Origin: an uncultured Methanosarcinales archaeon
GTDB lineage: Archaea > Nanobdellota > Nanobdellia > Woesearchaeales > ARS49
Direction of reading: 5' to 3'
NCBI GenBank assembly: GCA_964445485.1
Contig: CAYUPS010000001.1
Coordinates: 76,941-140,940, forward strand
Length of the DNA stretch: 64,000 bases
In this document: positions 36,119-43,599 of the stretch, piece after piece
Layout: the number at the start of each line of letters is the position of its first letter
Position numbering within the stretch: the stretch's first letter is position 1
Notes under the pieces: model-generated
The model's input: the letters and a program-made list of their open reading frames with translations, nothing else
Database searches by the model: none
What the model was told of the DNA's origin: nothing
Translations under genes and position numbers: made by a program

Positions 36119-37309
36119 ATGGACCCCCTCATCGCCATCCTCGTCTGCCTCCTCTCCGCAGCGATCGCGGGCGAAGTCCTCTCCGCATTGAAAGTGCCGC
36201 GAGTCGTGGGCCAGATCGGCGCAGGCATGCTGCTGGGCATCCCCGGCATCAGGGAGACGGTCTTCACGCAGGCGAGCGCCGATCTCATCGGCCACCTCTC
36301 CAGCATCGGCGTCATCCTCCTGCTCTTCTTCACAGGGCTCGAGATCGACTTCCGCAAGTTCATGCGCAACCTCCGCGTCGGCTCGAACATGAGCCTCTGG
36401 AACACCTCCTTGCCGCTCATAGGCGGCTATCTCGCCTGCAGGTACCTGTTCGGGCTCGATCCCGCGGTCAGTTTCATCGTAGGCATCTGCCTCTCCGTCA
36501 CGGCCACCGCTCTCGCGTTGGACCTCCTCGAGGAATTCGGCATGCTCAAATCGCGGCTCGGCGCGCTGATCGTCAGCGCCGGCGCGGTCGACGATATCTA
36601 TGAGCTCCTCCTCATCACTCTCGCCATCTCGACCATCGAAGCGGTCGCGGCGCAGAGCGCCTTCGCCGCGCTCGCAATCAACGCCGCGCTGTTCGTCATC
36701 GCCGTGCTGCTCTTCCGCGCGCTCATCCTCCCCGCCATCTTCCGCCTCGTCGAGAAGAAGACAGAGTCCAGCTTGCTCATGAGCGGCATGATCGCCACGC
36801 TGCTCCTCGCCGCGCTCTCGAATTATCTCGGCTTCGGGTCACTGATGGGCGCATTGCTCGCAGGCATCATCGTTCGGCACACGCTCCTGCGCGACGCGAC
36901 GCACCACCGCCCATGGGAGACCCATCACATCAGCAAGGCGACGCACACCATCGCCTTCGGCTTCCTCGTCCCCATCTTCTTCGTCCACATCGGCTCGCTC
37001 ACCGACATCACCGCCATCTGGGATAACCTGGGCTTCAGCGCAGTCATCACCGTCATCGCCATCGCAGGGACAGTCACAGGGTGCGCCATCGCATACCGCC
37101 TCTCGGCGGGCAAATGGAAAGACGGCTGGCTTGTCGGATGGGCGCTCAACAGCAAGGGCGACACGGAGATCGTCATCGCCTCGCTCGCCCTCGCCTCAGG
37201 CATCATCGGGCAGGGCATCTTCTCCAGCCTCATCTTCATGGCAGTCGTGAGCACTCTCCTCTCCCCGCTCGTCTTCAGGCACCTGCTCGAAAAAGAACGG
37301 AGGCGGTGA
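36119..37309 (+). CDS. monovalent cation:proton antiporter (CPA2 / KefB-NapA-like)
   Basis: ATG 36119 (M7 of track ORF); CTTAAAAAGG 36087-36097 upstream; ~11 TM helices, GAGMLLGIPG and VILLLFFTGLEID motifs. Confidence 0.8.
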   Translation: MDPLIAILVCLLSAAIAGEVLSALKVPRVVGQIGAGMLLGIPGIRETVFTQASADLIGHLSSIGVILLLFFTGLEIDFRKFMRNLRVGSNMSLWNTSLPLIGGYLACRYLFGLDPAVSFIVGICLSVTATALALDLLEEFGMLKSRLGALIVSAGAVDDIYELLLITLAISTIEAVAAQSAFAALAINAALFVIAVLLFRALILPAIFRLVEKKTESSLLMSGMIATLLLAALSNYLGFGSLMGALLAGIIVRHTLLRDATHHRPWETHHISKATHTIAFGFLVPIFFVHIGSLTDITAIWDNLGFSAVITVIAIAGTVTGCAIAYRLSAGKWKDGWLVGWALNSKGDTEIVIASLALASGIIGQGIFSSLIFMAVVSTLLSPLVFRHLLEKERRR

Positions 37310-38280
37310 GCGTGGCGAGCGTGTGGCCCGCCCTGCCGCTCTTCCTCCTCTTCTGCGCCTGCCTCGTCATCGCAGGCATCATGCTCGTGCGCAGCCTCGT
37401 CGTCATGGCGCGCTACCTGCGCATCAAGGAGTTCGTTCTGGCATTCCTCCTCATGGCCCTGTCGACGACGCTCCCCGAACTGTTCGTCGGCATCTCCGCA
37501 GCCCTCGCCCATAACTCCGCGCTGTCGCTTGGCAACGTGATCGGCAGCAACATCACGGACCTCGCGTTCATCGGCGGCGTCATCCTGCTCCTCACGCGCA
37601 AGATGCGCATCACCGACCGCAGGATGATCCGCGACGCGTACTGGCTCATCCCGCTCGCCCTGCTGCCGATGGCGCTCATGTACGCAGGAGGCGAGCTGTC
37701 GCGGACGGACGGCATCGTCCTGCTGTGCGTGTTCGCCTGGCGCACCATCCTCATGATCCGCGACGGCCGCGAGACAGGCGAAGCGATAGAGCTCAATGAC
37801 GCCTCCCGCGTCAAGACCCTGCTGAGCCCGCTCGTGCTCCTCGCGAGCGTGATACTGCTGATCTGGTCAGCCGACAACGTCGTCACGTACGCGACAGCCC
37901 TCGCGAGCGCATGGAGCCTGCCTCCCATCCTCATCGGCCTGCTCATCCTGGCGCTCGGCACGTCGCTGCCCGAACTCGCGTTCGGCAGCCAGACCGCCAT
38001 CGCCAAGCATCCCGAGATGGGCATCGGCGACATCATGGGCGCCGTCATGTGCAACTCCCTGCTCGTGCTCGGCGTCACTGCGGTCATCTGGCCCATCACG
38101 GCGAACATGTCGTACTTCCTGAGCAGCGCGGCATTCATGATACTCGCCTGCACGCTGTTCGCCACGTTCATGAGCACGAAGAAGATGACGTGGAACTACG
38201 GCATCACGCTGCTCCAGCTGTACAACGTGATCCTAATCACGGAGCTGAGCCTGCGCGGCATCATCGATGCTGTTGCGTGA
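37306..38280 (+). CDS. Na+/Ca2+ exchanger family protein (CaCA, YrbG-like)
   Basis: GTG start overlapping upstream stop (GTGA) with GGAGG 3 nt upstream; alpha-repeat motifs GNVIGSNITDL and GTSLPELAFG. Confidence 0.8.
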   Translation: MSVASVWPALPLFLLFCACLVIAGIMLVRSLVVMARYLRIKEFVLAFLLMALSTTLPELFVGISAALAHNSALSLGNVIGSNITDLAFIGGVILLLTRKMRITDRRMIRDAYWLIPLALLPMALMYAGGELSRTDGIVLLCVFAWRTILMIRDGRETGEAIELNDASRVKTLLSPLVLLASVILLIWSADNVVTYATALASAWSLPPILIGLLILALGTSLPELAFGSQTAIAKHPEMGIGDIMGAVMCNSLLVLGVTAVIWPITANMSYFLSSAAFMILACTLFATFMSTKKMTWNYGITLLQLYNVILITELSLRGIIDAVA

Positions 38281-38755
38281 CCCGCAGGTGCACGCCTGAG
38301 GCGACGAGCAGCACGCCGATGAGCGCGTAGAGGAGGCCGACGAGTGTGACCTGAGGCACTGCGTGCTCGAGATAATTCTGCAGGAGGGGCCCGACGCGCT
38401 CGAAACCCACGAACCGCTCTGCCGCGAGGTTGAAGAGCGTCGCGGGGTTGGTCGCGCTGACGATGATCGCCAGGATGCCGGGCACGAGGGTCATGATGCC
38501 GAGGCTGATGAGCGCGCTGTGCAGGCGCTTCTTGAAGACGAGCAGGACGATAAAGCATGCGAGCATGATGCCGAGCGCGCCGCCAGCCGCCTTGACATAA
38601 GAGAGCGATATCTCGAAGCCCGGCGTGAGGAGCAGCGTGCTGAGGGGAACAAGCGCGGCGAGCGCGAATTCGTACACGATGCTCACGACGCTGCGCACTC
38701 CCAGATTGAGTATGGGCTTGGCGAGCCATTCGGCGAACAGCGACGGGCGCTCCAT
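38261..38755 (-). CDS. hypothetical polytopic membrane protein
   Basis: ATG 38755 (M8 of track ORF 38261..38776); shares the palindromic TATA 38778-38785 with the divergent gene. Confidence 0.5.
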   Translation of the reverse strand: MERPSLFAEWLAKPILNLGVRSVVSIVYEFALAALVPLSTLLLTPGFEISLSYVKAAGGALGIMLACFIVLLVFKKRLHSALISLGIMTLVPGILAIIVSATNPATLFNLAAERFVGFERVGPLLQNYLEHAVPQVTLVGLLYALIGVLLVASGVHLRVTQQHR

Positions 38756-38777
38756 GCACTTCCCGAGCGCCAGCAAG

Positions 38778-38785
38778 TTTATAAA
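38778..38785. promoter_or_regulatory. perfectly palindromic bidirectional TATA TTTATAAA
   Basis: Centre is 27.5 nt from + ATG 38809 and 26.5 nt from - ATG 38755. Confidence 0.6.
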
Positions 38786-38808
38786 TTTGGTGGCGTGTCC
38801 CGACGGGC

Positions 38809-40116
38809 ATGAGAGTCATCGCGGATCTGCAGATCCACAGCAGGCACAGCAGGGCGACGTCCAAGGACCTCACCGTGCCGAATCTGGAGAAGTACGCGCG
38901 GATCAAAGGGGTATCCTTGCTCGGCACAGGCGACTTCCAGCACCCCAAATGGTGGCAGGAACTGTGGGCTGCGCTCGAGGACCGCGACGGCAGCGGCATC
39001 TACTACACCAAGACGGGCTACCCGTTCCTCCTGCAGACGGAAGTATCGCTCATCTACCGCGCGGGCGGCAAGGGCCGACGCGTGCACCATCTCATCTTCG
39101 CGCCGGACAAAGGGGCGGCGGCGCAGGTGCAGGAATGGCTCGGCACGAAAGGGAGATTGGATTATGACGGCCGACCGATCTTCGGCATGAGCTCTCCCGA
39201 GCTGGTCGAAGGCCTGCGGACCATATCCCGAGACATCGAGGTCATCCCCGCCCATGCGTGGACGCCGTGGTTCGGCATCTTCGGCAGCATGTCTGGCTTC
39301 GACTCCCTCAAGCAATGCTTCGAAGACCAGACCAAGCACATCCACGCCATCGAGACAGGCATCTCCTCCGATCCCGCCATGAACTGGCGCCTGAGCCAGC
39401 TCAAGGACATCAGCATCGTATCCTTCTCCGACGCGCACTCATACTGGCCGTGGCGCCTGGGCCGGGAGGCGACCGTCTTCGACCTCAAGGCTCTTTCATA
39501 CAAAGGAATCATCGACGCGATCCGAACCCGCGACGGCCTCTCAGAGACCATCGAGTTCTATCCTGAAGAGGGCAAGTACCACTTCGACGGGCACCGCGCC
39601 TGCGGCATCGTGCAGTCGCCCGCGCAGACGAGCAAGTCGGGAACAGCGTGCCCGAAATGCAGGCAGCCATTGACCATCGGTGTCGCGGCGCGCATCGACC
39701 AGCTCGCAGACCTGCCCGAAGGGCACAAACACGCGAGCAGCAGGCCCTTCCGCTCCCTGATGCCGCTGCATGAGCTGATCGCCATGGCCGTCGGCAAAGC
39801 AGTCAACACGCAAGCGGTCTGGGGCGTCTACAACTCCATCATCAAGCAGTACGGCAGCGAGTTCAACTTCATGCTCGACGCCACGGACGCGCAGATCGCC
39901 GCTCTCGAGACGCCGAAACTCGGCGACTTCATCCTCGCCATGAAACGCGGCGAGGTCCAGTGGAAGCCGGGTTTCGACGGCGTGTACGGCAGGCCGATCA
40001 TCAACGGCGCGGAGCTGAGCGTGCCGGGCAACAAGGATGACGCCCCGAAAGCGGAGAAGAAACCGCGAGGCCGGCCCAAGAGATCGACAGGACAGAAAGG
40101 GCTTGGCGAATTCTGA
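38809..40116 (+). CDS. endoQ: endonuclease Q (EndoQ; PHP-domain nuclease with zinc finger)
   Basis: 435 aa; N-term ADLQIHS, GTGD, RVHHLI, PAHAWTPW, SDAHS PHP metal ligands; CPKC zinc finger; Lys/Arg-rich tail. Confidence 0.75.
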   Translation: MRVIADLQIHSRHSRATSKDLTVPNLEKYARIKGVSLLGTGDFQHPKWWQELWAALEDRDGSGIYYTKTGYPFLLQTEVSLIYRAGGKGRRVHHLIFAPDKGAAAQVQEWLGTKGRLDYDGRPIFGMSSPELVEGLRTISRDIEVIPAHAWTPWFGIFGSMSGFDSLKQCFEDQTKHIHAIETGISSDPAMNWRLSQLKDISIVSFSDAHSYWPWRLGREATVFDLKALSYKGIIDAIRTRDGLSETIEFYPEEGKYHFDGHRACGIVQSPAQTSKSGTACPKCRQPLTIGVAARIDQLADLPEGHKHASSRPFRSLMPLHELIAMAVGKAVNTQAVWGVYNSIIKQYGSEFNFMLDATDAQIAALETPKLGDFILAMKRGEVQWKPGFDGVYGRPIINGAELSVPGNKDDAPKAEKKPRGRPKRSTGQKGLGEF

Positions 40117-40117
40117 A

Positions 40118-41101
40118 TCACATGCCCACTGCCGCCTTGAGTGTCTCGATCGTGCACAGGTTCTTCGCGAACAAAGCGACGTTCTGCGGGCGCTCCGCAA
40201 GCCGCCGCATGAAGTACGGCCACCAGTTGGCGCCATAGGGAACGTAGACGCGGACCGCGTACCCTTCATCGACGAGCCGTCTCTGGACCGACGGGGAGAA
40301 GCCATAGAGCATCTGGAACTCGAAGCGGTGCCGCGGCACGCCTTCCGCCGCAGCCGCGTGCTTGACGAAATCGATGAGGGTCCTGTCATGCGTGGCGAAG
40401 GCAGGACGCAACGCGTTGCATGGATGGATGGCGCTGAGCAGGACGCGAGAGAGCTCCTTGTACGACTCGCGGATCTCAGGCATCGTCTGGTACGCGATGT
40501 CGGCGGGTTCTTTGTAGGCGCCTTTGACGAGCCGTACGCTCGGCAGGTACGGGAGCACAGTATCGAGGTCTGCGCGGGTGCGCCTGAGCATGCTCTGGAG
40601 CACGATGCCGACGTTGGTGCGGCCGTTCTCGCGCACGCGGCGGTAGATGCCGAGCGTGCGGTCGGTGTGCGCGCTCGACTCCATGTCGATGCGGACGAAA
40701 TTGGGGGCGACGACGCTCGCGTGCAGGAGGATGTTCTCCAAGTGGGTGCGGGCCAGACTCTCGTCGATGTCGAGGCCGAGCGCGGTGAGCTTGAGAGAGA
40801 TGTTGCTGTCGGCCTTCTCGCGCATGATGCGGTTGAGCGCCGCGCAGCATCCGTCGTATGCATGCAGCGTCTGGTCTCCAGCCGTGACGCTCTCACCCAG
40901 CAGATCGACCGTCGCTGACCGGCCGGACGCATTGAGCGACTTCACGGCGGCGATGGCGTCATCGAGAGTCTCGCCGGCGACGAATTGGCGCGAGGTCTTG
41001 GAGAAGATGGCGCGCGTGAGCCTGTTGCGCTCGAGAGACTCCTTGTACTCAGGATGGCGGGAGAGGTGGAGGAAGAGATCACGCAGGAGTGCGGTGAGCA
41101 T
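40118..41101 (-). CDS. proline dehydrogenase family protein
   Basis: 327 aa; C-terminal YVPYGANWWPYFMRRLAERPQN signature of PutA-type proline dehydrogenase domain. Confidence 0.85.
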   Translation of the reverse strand: MLTALLRDLFLHLSRHPEYKESLERNRLTRAIFSKTSRQFVAGETLDDAIAAVKSLNASGRSATVDLLGESVTAGDQTLHAYDGCCAALNRIMREKADSNISLKLTALGLDIDESLARTHLENILLHASVVAPNFVRIDMESSAHTDRTLGIYRRVRENGRTNVGIVLQSMLRRTRADLDTVLPYLPSVRLVKGAYKEPADIAYQTMPEIRESYKELSRVLLSAIHPCNALRPAFATHDRTLIDFVKHAAAAEGVPRHRFEFQMLYGFSPSVQRRLVDEGYAVRVYVPYGANWWPYFMRRLAERPQNVALFAKNLCTIETLKAAVGM

Positions 41102-41104
41102 CGC

Positions 41105-41123
41105 GGCTGGCTACGCGAGCCAG
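41105..41123. promoter_or_regulatory. perfect inverted repeat GCTGGCT-ACGCG-AGCCAGC between rpl31e 3' end and proline dehydrogenase start
   Basis: 7-bp arms, 5-nt loop; followed on + strand by ATAAAAAGA (T-rich on minus strand); position -4 to -22 relative to ProDH ATG. Confidence 0.45.
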
Positions 41124-41142
41124 CATAAAAAGATGACGGCCT

Positions 41143-41580
41143 TCACGCCTTCTTGGCTGCAGGCTTAGCTTCTGCCTTTTTCGCAGTCGCAGGCTTCTTC
41201 TCGTCGGCCTTCGGCTCGGCAGGCTTCTTCTCCTCTGCCGCCTTCTTCTCGCCGAGCGCCTTCTTGACCTTCTCGGCCACGCCTTCGGGCTTCTTCTCGT
41301 CGGCCTTCTTGGGCTCCTCGATCTGCTTACCGAAGAGTTCCGCGCGCACGACGCCGTCATCGAACTTCTTGACGACTACCTTGACGCGCGACGGCGGGTT
41401 CTGCATGCCGTGCTTCCACAGCTCGAGATTGAGGAATTTGCCCAGGCGCACATCGTCGCTCTTCATGTGACGCACGAGGAACTTGCGCAGGCCGGCGACC
41501 GCTTTCTTGGCGCGCTTGTAGCGCGAGACCTTGCTCCACTCGCTGCGGAGCGGGACCGTGTACGTTCGTTCGAGTGCCAT
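41143..41580 (-). CDS. rpl31e: 50S ribosomal protein L31e with long Lys/Ala/Glu/Pro-rich C-terminal tail
   Basis: N-term MALERTYTVPLRSEWSKVSRYKRAKKAVAGLRKFLVRHMK matches L31e; C-terminal ~65 aa low-complexity KKAAEEKKPAEPKADEKKPATAKKAEAKPAAKKA. Confidence 0.88.
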   Translation of the reverse strand: MALERTYTVPLRSEWSKVSRYKRAKKAVAGLRKFLVRHMKSDDVRLGKFLNLELWKHGMQNPPSRVKVVVKKFDDGVVRAELFGKQIEEPKKADEKKPEGVAEKVKKALGEKKAAEEKKPAEPKADEKKPATAKKAEAKPAAKKA

Positions 41581-41590
41581 TGTCAGGTAC

Positions 41591-41764
41591 CTATGCCTTG
41601 ATCTTGGTGCGGCGCCAGTTGCGCTTCTTGCGAGTCATGCGGGAGGGGTGCAGCACGCGGCCCTTGCCGTACTTCTTGGGGACGAGCCACACAGGGGCCC
41701 ATCTGGTCTGCTTGCCCGCCTTGGCGAGCCGCTTCTTCCTGCTCTTGTGCTTGAACCGTGCCAT
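41591..41764 (-). CDS. rpl39e: 50S ribosomal protein L39e
   Basis: 57-aa translation MARFKHKSRKKRLAKAGKQTRWAPVWLVPKKYGKGRVLHPSRMTRKKRNWRRTKIKA; below track cutoff; 10 nt upstream of L31e. Confidence 0.88.
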   Translation of the reverse strand: MARFKHKSRKKRLAKAGKQTRWAPVWLVPKKYGKGRVLHPSRMTRKKRNWRRTKIKA

Positions 41765-41769
41765 TGTGC

Positions 41770-42087
41770 TTATACCCTTCGTATCTTCGTCTCTCGCTTG
41801 TGCGGCTCCATCATCACCAGGAGCCTCTTGAAATCCTCGTCGCTGATGCCCGACCGGCCCGTCTGGACCAGCTGGACGACCAGCGCGAGCGCCCGTACTG
41901 CCTTTTCCGGGTGCGCGATCTTGATTGTGGTGTACCGTGCGAACGCCTCAGGAGAGAGGTGGGTGCGGCAGAACGCCTCGAGCCTCGCGAGCTCATCGGC
42001 GACATCTGTCGACTCAGTCTCCTGCGCCTTCTGCTGCAGCGCGGCGAGCTTGCGTCGCCGAACCGCGTCGATATCGTCCATGCTCAC
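41770..42087 (-). CDS. PDCD5/TFAR19-like dsDNA-binding protein
   Basis: 105 aa; IRRRKLAALQQK... LSPEAFARYTTIKIAHPEKA...LVQTGR pattern of archaeal PDCD5-like proteins; ATGA overlap with S19e. Confidence 0.8.
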   Translation of the reverse strand: MSMDDIDAVRRRKLAALQQKAQETESTDVADELARLEAFCRTHLSPEAFARYTTIKIAHPEKAVRALALVVQLVQTGRSGISDEDFKRLLVMMEPHKRETKIRRV

Positions 42088-42812
42088 TGAGCCGCCGGTG
42101 CTTCCGGCGTGTCAGCGGCCGCAGGGGCCGGAGCCTCTGCGCCCTCGGCCTCTTTCTTTTGCGCCGCCTTCTTGCGCGGGGCGCGCGGTTTCTTGGCCTC
42201 GGGAGCGGCACCGTCTGCAGCGGCGGCCTTGGGGGCCGCGGGCTTGCGGGGTGCGCGCGCTTTCTTGGGTTTCTCGACTTCGATGATCTTGAGTTCTGCG
42301 GTGGGGCGGGCGGGGATGGTGACGTTGTGCGTCTTCATCAGTTCGTCCGCCTGCTTGCTCAGGAACGCGACGCCCTTGCCGGTCGCGACGCGGCCCTTGT
42401 TGAGCGCGTTCTTGGACTGCTGGGCGAGGCCTGCCTTCTCGAGCTGCTGGAGGATCTTGCGGAGGATGTTGCCTGAGGACTTGACGAACATGTTGGGCTC
42501 GACGCCGCGGCGCTTCCTGCCGCCGTACTTGTTTCGCAGTTTCGCGACGCCGACGGGGCCGCACTTGGCGAGACGGTAGAGGATGCTCGCGGCGCGCGTG
42601 TACCACCAGTCCGCTTGCGCGGGCGGGCGTTCGCGGCTGATGCCTGTCTTGACGAACGTGGCCCAGGCGGGGGGCTGGATGCTCTTGTCCGCCTTGAGGG
42701 CTTGCGCTGTCTTGTTGATCAGTTCCTGCGGGGGGACGTCGTAGATACCCATTGTGCGTTGTTCCTTCTGTATGCCGCCTTGCGGCGGACGACGGGCGCG
42801 TGCGGCGCCCAT
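42084..42812 (-). CDS. rps19e: 30S ribosomal protein S19e with ~95-aa Lys/Ala/Pro-rich C-terminal extension
   Basis: Core MGIYDVPPQELINKTAQALKADKSIQPPAWATFVKTGISRERPP...WWYTRAASILYRL matches S19e (in-frame alternative ATG at 42752); CTTTTTAAAC TATA (minus orientation ~42840-42850) ~33 nt upstream of 42812. Confidence 0.85.
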   Translation of the reverse strand: MGAARARRPPQGGIQKEQRTMGIYDVPPQELINKTAQALKADKSIQPPAWATFVKTGISRERPPAQADWWYTRAASILYRLAKCGPVGVAKLRNKYGGRKRRGVEPNMFVKSSGNILRKILQQLEKAGLAQQSKNALNKGRVATGKGVAFLSKQADELMKTHNVTIPARPTAELKIIEVEKPKKARAPRKPAAPKAAAADGAAPEAKKPRAPRKKAAQKKEAEGAEAPAPAAADTPEAPAAQ

Positions 42813-42851
42813 AGTGAGTTGTGCGAGGGAGTAGTGAGCTGTTTAAAAAGG

Positions 42852-43286
42852 TTACTGCCTGCGGAGGGAAGCGACCGACGGCACCGTGATCCATGCAGCC
42901 ATCATGCCAAAGCCCCTTTTGTCGATGCGGAACGGCGGGACGCGCTGCGCATCGCGCAGGAAGACGAGGATGCAATACTTCTTCCCCGCGGCCCACCGGA
43001 GATCCTCGCGACTGCCCGGAGACAAACAGATCGCGTCGCCATACGTCTCGATGATGCCGCGCACTTTCGCCTCATCGAGCGCGTCAAAGAAGAGGACGCG
43101 GCTCACTGTCGCACGGGCAGTCACCGGTTCGCCCGCATCCTTGAAATACACGCGCTCACCGGGGGAGATTGAGTTGTACGGCGGCCGGCGCGTCACGTAC
43201 CAGCGCGATTCTATGGTCTTCTCGCCAGAGAGAATCTTGTCGAGCAGCTTGCGCTTCTTGTCGAGGAATGCGATGTGCTCACGCAT
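42852..43286 (-). CDS. ASCH (PUA-like) domain protein
   Basis: 144 aa; MREHIAFLDKKRKLLDKILSGEKTIESRW typical ASCH N-terminus. Confidence 0.75.
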   Translation of the reverse strand: MREHIAFLDKKRKLLDKILSGEKTIESRWYVTRRPPYNSISPGERVYFKDAGEPVTARATVSRVLFFDALDEAKVRGIIETYGDAICLSPGSREDLRWAAGKKYCILVFLRDAQRVPPFRIDKRGFGMMAAWITVPSVASLRRQ

Positions 43287-43319
43287 GTGTCCGTGCGAGA
43301 GGAGAGGGTATAAGAAACT

Positions 43320-43511
43320 TCAGGCGGAGTCTTCTGCGGGAGCGCGCCTGCCCTCGAGGAAGCCGCTGTCGATCCTGCCGCCGCGGCGCAACCGAGCGCG
43401 CTCGAGGCCCACGGCATGCCTGCAGTCGACGCACCATTTGCGCATGCGCGAGAACGACTTGATGGTCATGCCGCAACGGAGGCATTTGGCGCGAGAACGT
43501 GCAGGTACCAT
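43320..43511 (-). CDS. 63-aa CxxC-x13-CxxC zinc-ribbon protein, identity uncertain (weak S27e-like pattern)
   Basis: MVPARSRAKCLRCGMTIKSFSRMRKWCVDCRH...; CTTAATATAC (minus orientation of 43536-43545) ~27 nt upstream of ATG 43511; Arg-rich, could be spurious in GC-rich DNA. Confidence 0.35.
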   Translation of the reverse strand: MVPARSRAKCLRCGMTIKSFSRMRKWCVDCRHAVGLERARLRRGGRIDSGFLEGRRAPAEDSA

Positions 43512-43599
43512 GACGCGCGCCGGAGTGCGCGAGCCGTATATTAAGATGCAGGAGCGCGCGCATCAACATTTTTATACCCTGCGCGGCTCGCACAGCACC

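Noticed and set aside
43169-43462. 97-aa + ORF between ASCH and argS
   Set aside because: Arg/Cys-rich nonsense overlapping the 63-aa zinc-ribbon ORF, with no promoter.
42886-43599. N-terminal 238 codons of the 795-aa track ORF upstream of argS
   Set aside because: This part overlaps the ASCH and zinc-ribbon genes on the other strand. The ArgRS homology and the TATA box point to the ATG at 43600.
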